Positions 25,017-36,017 of a stretch of 64,000 nt of DNA are shown one piece after another (position 1 is the stretch's first letter; every line of letters starts with the position of its first letter). The stretch is from assembly GCA_043228905.1 (NCBI GenBank), contig JBHGNT010000011.1, forward strand, positions 3,844,001-3,908,000, read 5' to 3'. The translations under genes were made by a program, and so were the position numbers. The notes beneath the pieces are model-generated. The model was not told where the DNA came from, did not search any database, and worked only from the letters and a program-made list of their open reading frames with translations. This DNA comes from Azolla caroliniana (lineage: Eukaryota > Plantae > Polypodiophyta).

Positions 25017-28000
25017 TTAACATTGTTGGGCCGGGCTTGTTTGGATAGTGACGATGGAAGTCGTTGACCAGAGCTTCAGCATTACAAAGTTATCGATGGG
25101 TTCCCAAGTGCGATCACTCTGAGGATAACCAAGCCAATCAACTAGATAATAAAGCTTATTGCGCACAATCTTAGAATCGAGAATAGCAGCTACCTCGTAT
25201 TCGGGGCCGTCCACAAGTTGTACAGAAGGCGGTGGTGGCACGACATGATTAGGAATTAAAGAGGTGTGGCAAGGTTCCAAAAGTGAGCTATGAAAGACAG
25301 GGTGAAGTTGCATATGTGCAGGAAGGTTAAGACGAAATGTTGCATCATTAATCTGCGCCGTGATGACAAAAGGACCTAAGCGTTGATAGTCAAGCTTAGC
25401 ACACGATTGGGTAGTCTTGATGTGACGACGAAGCAACCATACACAGTCACCAACCTTAAACGGAGACTTAAGACGATGTCGATCGGCATTGGTCTTATGG
25501 TGTGCTTGCGCTTTCTGAAGATGTGACGATAACTCGAACTGGATTTGTTGTAGTCGGTGGAGGTGATGCGCCGCACTAGGGTTTCGTGACACCTCGGGAA
25601 GATCCAGTATACACCATCGAGGGTTGTTGCCGGTGTAGGCAAAGAAAGGTGTAACTTTGGTAGAAGAGTGGACCATGTTGTTGTATGCAAACTCGGCAAG
25701 ATGTAAAATTTTACTCCAATCATCTTGTTGATAACTAATGAAACATCGAAGATATTGCTCGAGCGTTTGATTTGTGCGCTCTGTTTGTCCGTCAGTTTGT
25801 GGATGATAAGCCGAAGAGAGTTTGCAAGAGATTTTGAGGCCTACCCATAGGTGCTTCCAAAAGTGTGAGATAAATTGAGGACCTTGATCGCTAATAATAT
25901 CATTCGGGAGACCATGATGGCGAAACACTTCACGCATAATGAGATCTGTAGTTTCTTCACTATTGATGGTCTTTACACATGGTACAAAATGTGCCATCTT
26001 GGTGAACCGATCCACCACTGTTAAAATAGTATCAAAGCCTTTGGAAGGTGGCAGATCCGTAATGAAATCCATAGAAATAGACTGCCATGGCTTGTTGGGA
26101 GGGGGTAATGGTTGTAGTAAGCCATAAGGGTGATGTCGGGGTATTTTGGCGCGACAGTAGGTGTCACAAGTGCGAACATAATCTTCGACAAATTTTTGCA
26201 AGTGAGGCCACCAAAACGAACGTTTCACCAGCTCAATGGTCTTGGAAATACCAAAATGTCCAGCCATGGGGGCATCATGACAATGTTCCAACACTTGAAG
26301 TTGGGGTGATCTGTCGGGGACGTAAAGGAGATCCTTGTAGAAGAGTAAACCATCTTGCCACTTGAAGTCCTGATAATGGTGAGATGACCCTGGCAATGTG
26401 GAGCAAGATGGACGACTTGAACCACAGTGGGCTAAGACATCCTTAGCAAAATCATCCGAATGAAGTTGTTGCCGAATAGTGTCAAGAAGGGTAGAATCAA
26501 GTGGTGTGGCATAAATTGTTGTTACTTGTAGCTTTGATGGCCCGAGGAGAGTTTGCTTTTGATTGTCAAAGGCCGGATCTCCAGGTCGAAGTGCTAGATA
26601 CGAACGCCGAGACAGAGCATCTACTTTCCCTTGTTGTTTTCCGGGGCGAAAAATGATCTTGAAATCGAAACGCGTTAGAAATTGGGCCCACCGAGCTTGT
26701 CGTCTATTTAATACTCGAGCTATTTGAAAATATGTGAGATTTTTGTGATCACTATAAATGATAATCTGATGAGGTGATCCTTCTAGAAAATGACGCCATT
26801 GCTCGAATGAGTCGACCACAGCTAGTAACTCCTTGTCATGCACCTCATAGTTTATCTCCGAAACAGTAAACTTTCTCGAGTGAAAAGCGACTGGATGTAT
26901 CTGCCCGTCCTTGCCTGGTTGCGATAGGATATCCCCAATGCAAAGTCTGATGCATCCGCCTCAATAGTAAATGGCTTTTCAGGATCAATATGTGCTAGGA
27001 TGGGTGCTGATGTGAATGCCTCTTTCAGCTGCGTAAAAGCCTTGTCTGCTTCGATACTCCAAAAAAATGCTTGATTTTTCTTGGTGAGTCGAGTAAGGGG
27101 CAACACAATGCTTGAATAATTATGTATGAATTTGCGATAGAAGTTCGCAAATCCGAGGAAACACTGGACATCCCGAACTGAGCATGGGGGTTTCCATTCC
27201 AATATAGTTTGGACTTTTGCCGGGTCCATGAAAACACCCTGGGATGAAATAGTGTATCCCAAAAATTCGACTTGTTTGCAATCAAAACTGCATTTCTCAA
27301 GTTTGGCGTAAAGACCATACTTCCTTAGGCGTTCAAGTACTTGCCGCACATGTTTATCATGCTCCCCCTGTGTTTTAGAGTAAATCAATAGATCATCTAG
27401 GTAGATGATTAGAAAAATATCCAAGAAATCCCGGAAGATGTCATTTGCCATATGTTGGAATACGGCAGGTGCATTTGTGAGCCCAAAAGGCATGACTGTA
27501 TACTCGAAATGACCATACCGAGTACGAAATGTTGTTTTCCACTCATCTCCTGGCCGAATTCGAACAAGATTATATGCACCCCTTAGATCAATTTTGGTAA
27601 AATGCTTTGCCCCACCAATGCGTTCTAAGAGATTGGAGATTAAAGGTAAAGCATACCTATTCCTTATGGTGACTTTATTTAAGCCTCGATAGTCCACGAC
27701 CAAACGAAGGGAGCCGTCCTTTTTCTTCACAAAAAAGATAGGAGCACCAGCTGGAGACTTTGAATGTCGAATAAACCCATGTGCAAGATTTTCCTTGATG
27801 TATTCTCGAAGAACCTCAAGCTCAGTGGGTGATAAATTGTAAATCGGACCCCACGGAGGCTCTTTTCCTGGTTGGAGATCAATAGGACAGTCGTACGGCC
27901 GATGCTTTGGAAGAACACTAGCTTTGACTTTGTCGAAAACATCAGCATAGTCTTGATATTTTTTGGGAATTTGGATGTCTGAATTCCCTTGAGTGACACT

Positions 28001-28591
28001 AGAAGGTGTCACTGATACTGCAAATAAGAAAAGGTCCTCCTTGCCTCCCACTTGGTGCAATTGTTGCAATGTGATGGCTGAAATTTTATGAGAAGGATAT
28101 GGTGCATCGGTAGAACTATATACTTTGGGAGGATAATCCCGAGTTCGATCCTTGACAATGATATTTTCTGCTAAAGGGCACCTAATTTCTCGCTTCCTCC
28201 AATCGATTCTAGGGTTATGTAGCTCGAACCATGGCAAACCGAGGACAATTGGATGCTCAGGACTACGGATTATGTTAAAGGAAACTACACATCCTAAATC
28301 ACCCAAGAGTATGTGTATTGGCTCAAACTCTTCAAATATCTTCCCGGAAGCTATGGGGCGTCCATCAATCACTACTACGGAAACTGGACAAGGAAGTGTA
28401 TGCAAGGATATTTGGTGTTTTTGGGCAAAATCTCTATCCATGAAACAAGAATTGGCTCCAGTATCTAAGAGGGCTTGGACTTGAAGTTGACAACTGGGTG
28501 TCCTAACTTGTACTAGGGCTGAGAAGACTCTACTAACATGCTTGGAAGAAATGGAACCCACACTAGGTTGTACATATCTAGGGTTGTCCAA
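25017..28591 (-). pseudogene. pol: Chromovirus pol (PR-RT-RH-INT-chromodomain) with frameshifts near 26930 and 25085
   Basis: ORFs 26852-28591 and 25017-26843 carry the canonical motifs in order. Confidence 0.93.
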
Positions 28592-31048
28592 CCAAATGGC
28601 TCCTATTTTGGCCGGACTTATTCGTTTGACTCCTCTTCTAATTGGCTTAGGACTTCAAATTTATTGGACAAGGGTGGATTATTCATAATATTAGATTCAC
28701 TAACTACTTCTAAAATGTTGGACTCATTTTTATTGTCATAGTGAATTTGATTTACCTGACGTCTCGGCCTACGGGAGCAATGAATGGCTATATGTCCTGG
28801 ACCTCCACAATATAAGCACAGATGGTTTGCTCGACGACGTTGCTTCTCTTCGTCTGACAACGGTCCTCGTCGTTGAGTCATATCGATCTCCATGGGTGTA
28901 GGACTATCCATTGGGACTGGACTACGTGTTTGCCTTGGAGTTGGAGCAGGGCTATACATTTGCCTTGGGGATGATTGCGCCGTTACTGATGCATAAGTTG
29001 GTGTGAATCTAGATCTTGTTATTTGTTGTTGTCGCTCACATCGACGCTCAAAAAGGCGATTATCACACCGTATTGCTCGACTAATAGCTTCTGTAAGTGA
29101 CCTTGGATCCTCGGGGAAGGTAAGAAGTAAGTCTTTGACATCACTACGAAGGCCTGAACAGAATTGCTCCATTAGGGCTTATTCATCCCAAGGAATATCG
29201 CTTGTTCTCGAAGGAGGGATAGTGTCATGAACACATGACCATTATGGCGTCACTCGGACTTGAACCTCGAAACTTGTAATTCATACTTGAAAACCTCAAC
29301 CATTAAGATAGCTTATTATTATATGAAACAATAAAAGCTACTTCTTGTATTACATTGATTATTGTAAAAACTCTAGATTATTCTAGAATGTTCTAGAATG
29401 TCCTAGAGCATTCTAGGTCTAGAACATTCTAGAACATTCTAGAAATCTCTAAGCTATTCTATAGGAACCTATAAATAAGCGCATACATGTATTCTCAAAT
29501 CAATTCGAATCAAACTGTCAGAACCAAGGATAAAAGATAGAGTGATGGAAGAAGGATAGAGAAGAATGTATGTATAAGATAGAGAAAGAAAGAGAATGGA
29601 TACAAGATATGTAATGAGAGCGAAAGACTGGTGTTGATTCGAATTGATTTGAGAATACATGTATGCGCTTATTTATAGGTTCCTATAGAATAGCTTAGAG
29701 ATTTCTAGAATGTTCTAGAATGTTCTAGACCTAGAATGCTCGAAGTGGAGGACAAAACCGGGCGGGCCCACGAGGACGCTAAGGACTCGGCCGGTCGTCG
29801 TGGCCAAAAATCTCGTGTTCTCTCCCCTATGTTTTGGCACATACCGGTGGATGTGCAGTTAGGTGGGGGCGGATGTGAAGATTTTCGTCCACGAGCGGAA
29901 ACCCGAGCAACGAGAGCCAAAGAGCGATGTGCAATGTTGCACACGTACATAATGTATTTGTAATAATAATAGGGGTAAAGGGTATGGTGCTAGAAATGCC
30001 CCATAAGATCCCTAAGGTATAAAGGCGATGTGGTCTTGTGCGCACATTCACGCGAGAGAGAGAGAGAGGTACTATGCGGTACATAGGTACCTAGTCGTTT
30101 GTGAGGAGGTGGGAGTTAAGGGGCCATCAATCTCACCCTCCCCCAAATCAAGGCAAATATTCCCTTTGAATGAAAGGGGATATTTTAGTCTCACTTTGTA
30201 AACAGTCTTCCCTCCTTGTGCTATAAAAGGAGAGGGAAGGCACCATTGTAAGGGTTGCCTATTTTGAGTGTGCGAGGTATACCACATAGGTCGAGCATTA
30301 GGGTTAGGGTTAGGGTTTCAAGTAGTCGTTTGGTGCGGCCTATGCGGCGACCATTTTGTAATCGTTCATCTCGTTTTAATACATCTTGTTGTTCATCTTG
30401 TCTCCATCGTCCTCTTGTTCATTCTTCTTCTTCTTGAGCAAAGCTTCCATTCCGTGTCCGATTCCTTCTCCTCTACTCCTTAGTCCAAGACCCCCGTGGT
30501 CCCGCCCTTCTCCACGCACGCGCATAGCAACGCGACATATTTGGTGAACCCGACATGAAGAGGCGGCAAGGGAGGAAGGAGATGGAAGCCGGAGACATCG
30601 CGGAAGTAATTACGAAAATGGCAAGGGATTTCGCAAGAAGGAGAGAAAGACAGGAAGAGGCGTACAGGTACGATCGACGCGAGTTCGATCTATGGGTGTC
30701 GTCGGCAAAGGCTCCTCGAAGCGCAATGAAGGCATTCCGGGAGTTCGATCTCTGGTTTTCCCAACTTTCGGTCCGGGATTAAGAATCGCTGGGGGCGGAC
30801 AAGGTCCCACTATTCTTGAAGTCAGTCAACGAAAGGGGGAGAATGGCCATTTTTCCCTACCTCGAAGACGATGAAGGGGCGTACGGCCTCACCGAAGATT
30901 GGAACGAGGTGGAATGGGCGTGCATACAATGCGATGAGAGGCGGTCGGCCACAAAATGGCCCGCGAGCGGCGGAGAAGAGAGAGCGTCGACCGACTACGC
31001 ACTATCGCCGGAAGAGAGCTCAACGCAAGTCGGTTCGGAAAAGCTCGA

Positions 31049-31796
31049 TGTGAAAGTGTTTTTAGAATCTAAGCCATTGAACATTAGGAGAATATAAAGT
31101 ATAGATAATTCACCTTTTGAGGATAAGAACATGAACTAAGACCTTAGGGAAGAAGTCAAAAGTAAAAGTACGAGACCAAGAGAAAAGTAAAAAGAGAAAA
31201 CGCAGACTATAAAAAACAGTAAAAATAGAATGGTCATAACTCCCTCGTTGTTTATCCAAATATCACGTTTAAATATGGATTAGAAAGCTTGTAAAAAGAG
31301 CTTTCTATAGCTTTTTAAATCGCTTAATTTGGATTTCGGAGGAGGGAGATATGACGATTAGAAGGTTGATGTGTCATAGCTAAAAATAGGGAGATAAAAA
31401 GCTTCTAAAAATAGCATGAACGTGGATAAGAAGAGGAAGGTTATAAAAGAAGAAGTAATATGAGTGAGAAGGGGGGGAAGAGTGAAGGGAAAAGAGTGGA
31501 TGAGGAGTGTTAAGAAGAAGTGTCTTTGTGGAAGAGGAAGTGTCTTAGAAGAGGAAGGTCTTTGGTTTTAGTTCAATGTGGAGTTTGTCTCCTTTGTATT
31601 CTCTTGATGTTGGAATATCAGAACATTCTTATTTCTTGCTCGCTTTCTCTATCTTTTTTCTTAGTTTCTTGAGTTATACTCTCTAATCATAATTACCTAG
31701 AGCTATATAATATATTATGATTTTCAACTCCATCTAATCGGTTTGGTCAAGCCCTCATATAGTGTATAACTATCTATTATCTTATACACCCTATCA
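31049..31796. mobile_element. Solo LTR (748 bp)
   Basis: TG...CA termini, exact TSD CTCGA; the host frame (KLD|IEALVRE) resumes across it. Confidence 0.9.
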
Positions 31797-34700
31797 CTCG
31801 ACATCGAAGCCTTAGTGCGGGAAGCATACGAGATCGTAGAGGCACAAATCAAAGCCGATGAAGGGCTTATTGCGGAGTCGGGGCCGAGCAGATCGGAGGA
31901 TGAGGAGGCCGAAAGAGAATGGTACATCGGTACCACGGGAGAGGGTACCTCGACATGCGGAGAAAGATCGACCGAGGACGAGGTCGGGGACGGTGAGGCG
32001 GCAATCGCCGGTTCGAGCGAACATGAGGGAGTTCGGGCATGGAGGCCCGAAACATCGAGCGGAGAGGAGACAAGCGGCGGTGCCGCGACCTTACACACAC
32101 CGGCCCTAGAGGCACCGGCGGTCGGCCCGATTGCCGGCGTGAGACCTAGAGCGACGAGCGGTGGCGGCGGCAAGGCGGGCGACTGAGACAACGGTAAGGA
32201 GACCGTGGAAGAGGAGGCGGCAAGCATAATTGATGCTTGCATATACGGAGGCGGGGTGGCCATGGACGATGATGACCGAATGGAGGTGGCTACGGGCATA
32301 GCATCGACGAGCGGCGGCGTTGCTACCTTACACGCACCGGTTCAAGAGACCCTGGCGGCCGGCCCAAGTGCCCGCGTGAGACCTAGGGTAACGAACGGTG
32401 GCGGCGGCAAGGCGGGCGACCACGGCGACGATGTGGGAGAGGGTGTGGAGCGAGCGACCCTCTCGACTTGTGAAAAGAGGACGGCCATGGATGAGGCCGA
32501 TATCTACGGAGCAATGGACGCCACTTCGAGAGTGGGCGAAAGTTTCGCGACGCGGTTGCCCGAAATGTTATACGAGGATTTCGCGAGCATACTCGAGGCT
32601 TGCGAAATCGAGGAAGAAGAGGAGACGAGCGGCAGTACCGCGACCTTCCACACACCGGTCCTAGAGACTCTGGCAACCGGCCCGAGAGCCGGTGTGAGAC
32701 CTAGAGAGACGGACGGTGGCAGCGGCAACGCGGGCAACCGAAATGACGAAGAGGAGGTTTGTAGCGGATGGAGGCGAGATCCCTCGACACCGGGGCCGGA
32801 GACTTCGGCGGTTGCGCCCGAGCGCGGACATAAGACCGGAGAGATGGGCGGTGGCTGTGAGGATAGGTGGCCTAGTGGGCACGGTGATCACGGCTTGCTA
32901 GAAGACCGAGAGCGAGACGGACCTTCCACACCCATTCTAGAGACTTCGGCGGTTGCGGATCAACGTGAGACCAGAGAGACGGCGGGTGGCGGCGAGGAGT
33001 CGAAGGCCGAAGCGGACAAAGTTATCGGAGTGGGTATCCGGTATGAGATGATGGACGAGCGGGTCCAAGATGGCGAGCCCGGGTCGGAACGGGCTACGGT
33101 GACAAAGGAAGAAGTGGTCGACGCGGAGGTCGGGTCTACGGCGGATGAAGGGTGTAACACGAAGCATGCATTACGGTTGGTGAAGGGCCCAAGAACCAAC
33201 ATGCATCCGAGAGAGCGTCAACGAGTGACCGGAAACGGTGGACTGATTGAGCCTTTGAGAGGCGAGGACTCGGTGGTGGACCGAGAGTGGGAGGAACCCT
33301 CCACACCTACCCGTGAGGCATCGGCGGTCGCGGATTGAAAGGAGAACGAAGAAACGGTGGGTGCCGGCGAGGAGTTGGAGACCGACGCGGAGGTCGGGTC
33401 TACGGCGGAAACGCGACATGAGACGCATGCAATACGGCCGGTGGAGGGCCAAGACACAAGCATGCATACGGCGGTTGGGCGACAACAATTGACCGACGAT
33501 GACGGTCGGGTCAAGCCTTCGAGAGGCAAGTGCAGGACGAAGGATGGCGCGGCGAAACACCAAGACCGACGACATGGGCCGAGTGCGATCGGCATGAGCG
33601 GAGAGTCGTGTCTTGAGAACCGAAGAAGGTGCGCGGAGAGCAACGGGCTACGCGCCGGGAAGAGGAAGCGCGGCTTCCCGGAGGGTATGCAAGGCCAAGC
33701 GGGCCAAGAGGGCGCAAGTCGAGGCGAAGCGGTAACGAGAGCCTCAAGGGACACCGACACGGAGGTCGGGATGACAGTACGCTCTACCGTGAGAGAGCAC
33801 GGCGAACAATGGGGAAAGCCTACGGAAGGCAAGCGCGGAGCGGAGAGAATCGGCACGTCGAGGTGTGCGGCACGCAAAGGGCGGAATCCGGCATGCGACT
33901 GGGAGCGCATCCGGAGGATATACGAGGCGGACAAAGGAAGAGCAACCGGGTCGGCGACGGCGTTCGGGAGGACCGAACGGGGAGGAAAGCACGGGCATTG
34001 GATACGGCGGGTCAGATGTAGTCGGTGGTTCAAGGACCCACGGTGAACGTGGCGGATCGGGTGGAGGCAATGACTCGGCGAACATCGTCGAGTGTGGCGG
34101 ATCGGATGGCGCCGACGGTTCGAGACCATTCGGCGAGGATGGTGGACCGGAAGGCGGCGGTGGTTCGTGTGGATGGGGTGGTCTTGCTCGAAGTGGAGGA
34201 CAAAACCGGGCGGGCCCACGAGGACGCTAAGGACTCGGCCGGTCGTCGTGGCCAAAAATCTCGTGTTCTCTCCCCTATGTTTTGGCACATACCGGTGGAT
34301 GTGCAATTAGGTGGGGGCGGATGTGAAGATTTTCGTCCACGAGCGGAAACCCGAGCAACGAGAGCCAAAGAGCGATGTGCAATGTTGCACACGTACATAA
34401 TGTATTTGTAATAATAATAGGGGTAAAGGGTATGGTGCTAGAAATGCCCCATAAGATCCCTAAGGTATAAAGGCGATGTGGTCTTGTGCGCACATTCACG
34501 CGAGAGAGAGAGAGAGGTACTATGCGGTACATAGGTACCTAGTCGTTTGTGAGGAGGTGGGAGTTAAGGGGCCATCAATCTCACCCTCCCCCAAATCAAG
34601 GCAAATATTCCCTTTGAATGAAAGGGGATATTTTAGTCTCACTTTGTAAACAGTCTTCCCTCCTTGTGCTATAAAAGGAGAGGGAAGGCACAATTGTAAG

Positions 34701-36017
34701 GGTTTCCTATTTTGAGTGTGCGAGGTATACCACATAGGTCGAGCGTTAGGGTTAGGGTTAGGGTTTCAAGTAGTCGTTTGGTGCGGCCTATGCGGCGACC
34801 ATTTTGTAATCGTTCATCTCGTTTTAATACATCTTGTTGTTCATCTTGTCTCCATTGTCCTCTTGTTCATTCTTCTTCTTCTTGAGCAAAGCTTCCATTC
34901 CGTGTCCGATTCCTTCTCCTCTACTCCTTAGTCCAAGACCCCCCCCCCCCCCCCCGTGGTCCCGCCCTTCTCCACGCACGCGCGTAGCAACGCGACAACG
35001 TATTCTACGTTTAGAGTACGTTTTAGAATACTCTGAAGTATTCTACACGTATTCTACATTTTAGAATTGCCGTTTTTTAAAATTTGACGTATTCTACGTA
35101 TTTAACAAGTATTTATCTTTTCAAAAAATATTTTCCTTTTTTTTTTAAAAGAAAGCTTTCAATTTTAAGAAGTATTTAACATATTTTACATGTATTCTAC
35201 ACGTATTCTAAGTGTTCGAAATGTATTCTAAGTATTCTACACGTATTCGAAGTATTCTACATGTATTCTAAGTATTCTAAACGTATTCTAAGTATTCTAC
35301 ACATATTCTAAGTATTTAACGTATTTAACGTACTTTCTCTATAAAATACATATTCTAAGTAAAAAAAAAATTAAAGTTAGAATACTTAGAATACGTATTG
35401 TATGCGTATTTTATGCTAAGTATTTTACAACAATGCTACGCACAGTTCGGTGACCGGGTATAGAAGCCAATCATGCTGGTGGAACGGACGATACCCTCAT
35501 GGATGTCAATCAACTGGTCCGGCGAGATGAGTCAAGAGGAGCTGTTGGCGGTGCAGATCAAACAACTTGAGCGGAGGTCAGAGGATGTGGAATGAGCGAC
35601 GATGAGGGTGGAAGAGGTGAGGAAGAAGAACAATGGGCGGTTCGACTGAACGCACCGACTCCGACCGAAGAAGATCAAGGAAGGCAACTGGGTGCTGGTT
35701 TACGACAACAGCCTCGACAACCAGCACCGGTCAATAACAATGGGCTCGGTTCGATTCGGTTTTTTTGGCCTTGAAACCAAACTAAGCCATTTATTAATTA
35801 ATAAAAACTAAACCAAACCGTTTAAAAATTTTGAAGCCATTTAAAGCAAACCATTTTGAGCCGAACCGTTTACAAATAATTTAGAACGAAACCAATCCAT
35901 TTATGAAAAAACCAAAATCAAACCACTTTTAAGAAAATGCAAAAAAGGATATATTAACATCATAATGTTTTTATAGAATTGAAACTTCATATAACAAAAT
36001 ATTATCTCATGTTACGC

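Larger units (their letters stand above)
24571..29741 (-). mobile_element. Tcn1-like Ty3/Gypsy chromovirus with a rearranged 5' end
   Basis: 3' LTR 24571-24979 (TGTCA...TGACA); PPT GAAGGAGGGATAG; gag 28618-29203 with CLYCGGPGHIAIHC; PR (LLDTGA), RT (YLDD), RNase H, integrase and chromodomain (YEVAAILD...YLVDWLGY...TWEP); truncated 5' LTR 29516-29741. Confidence 0.9.
24321..34997 (+). mobile_element. Non-autonomous Trp-PBS Gypsy element with three LTR copies (24321-24570 partial, 29874-30537, 34322-34997); no pol
   Basis: LTR direct repeats; PBS TGGTGAACCCGACATGA at 30542-30558; degenerate gag 30555-31048; GC-rich repetitive ORFs 31815-34046; flanks ATGT/ACGT. Confidence 0.85.
24301..35435. 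mobile_element. hAT-type MITE (about 460 bp) inflated by a 10.7-kb retroelement insertion
   Basis: Imperfect TIR CATAGTTGTTAAAA/TTTTACAACAATG; exact 8-bp TSD CTACGCAC (24293-24300, 35436-35443); body 34998-35435 matches 58837-59230. Confidence 0.9.
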
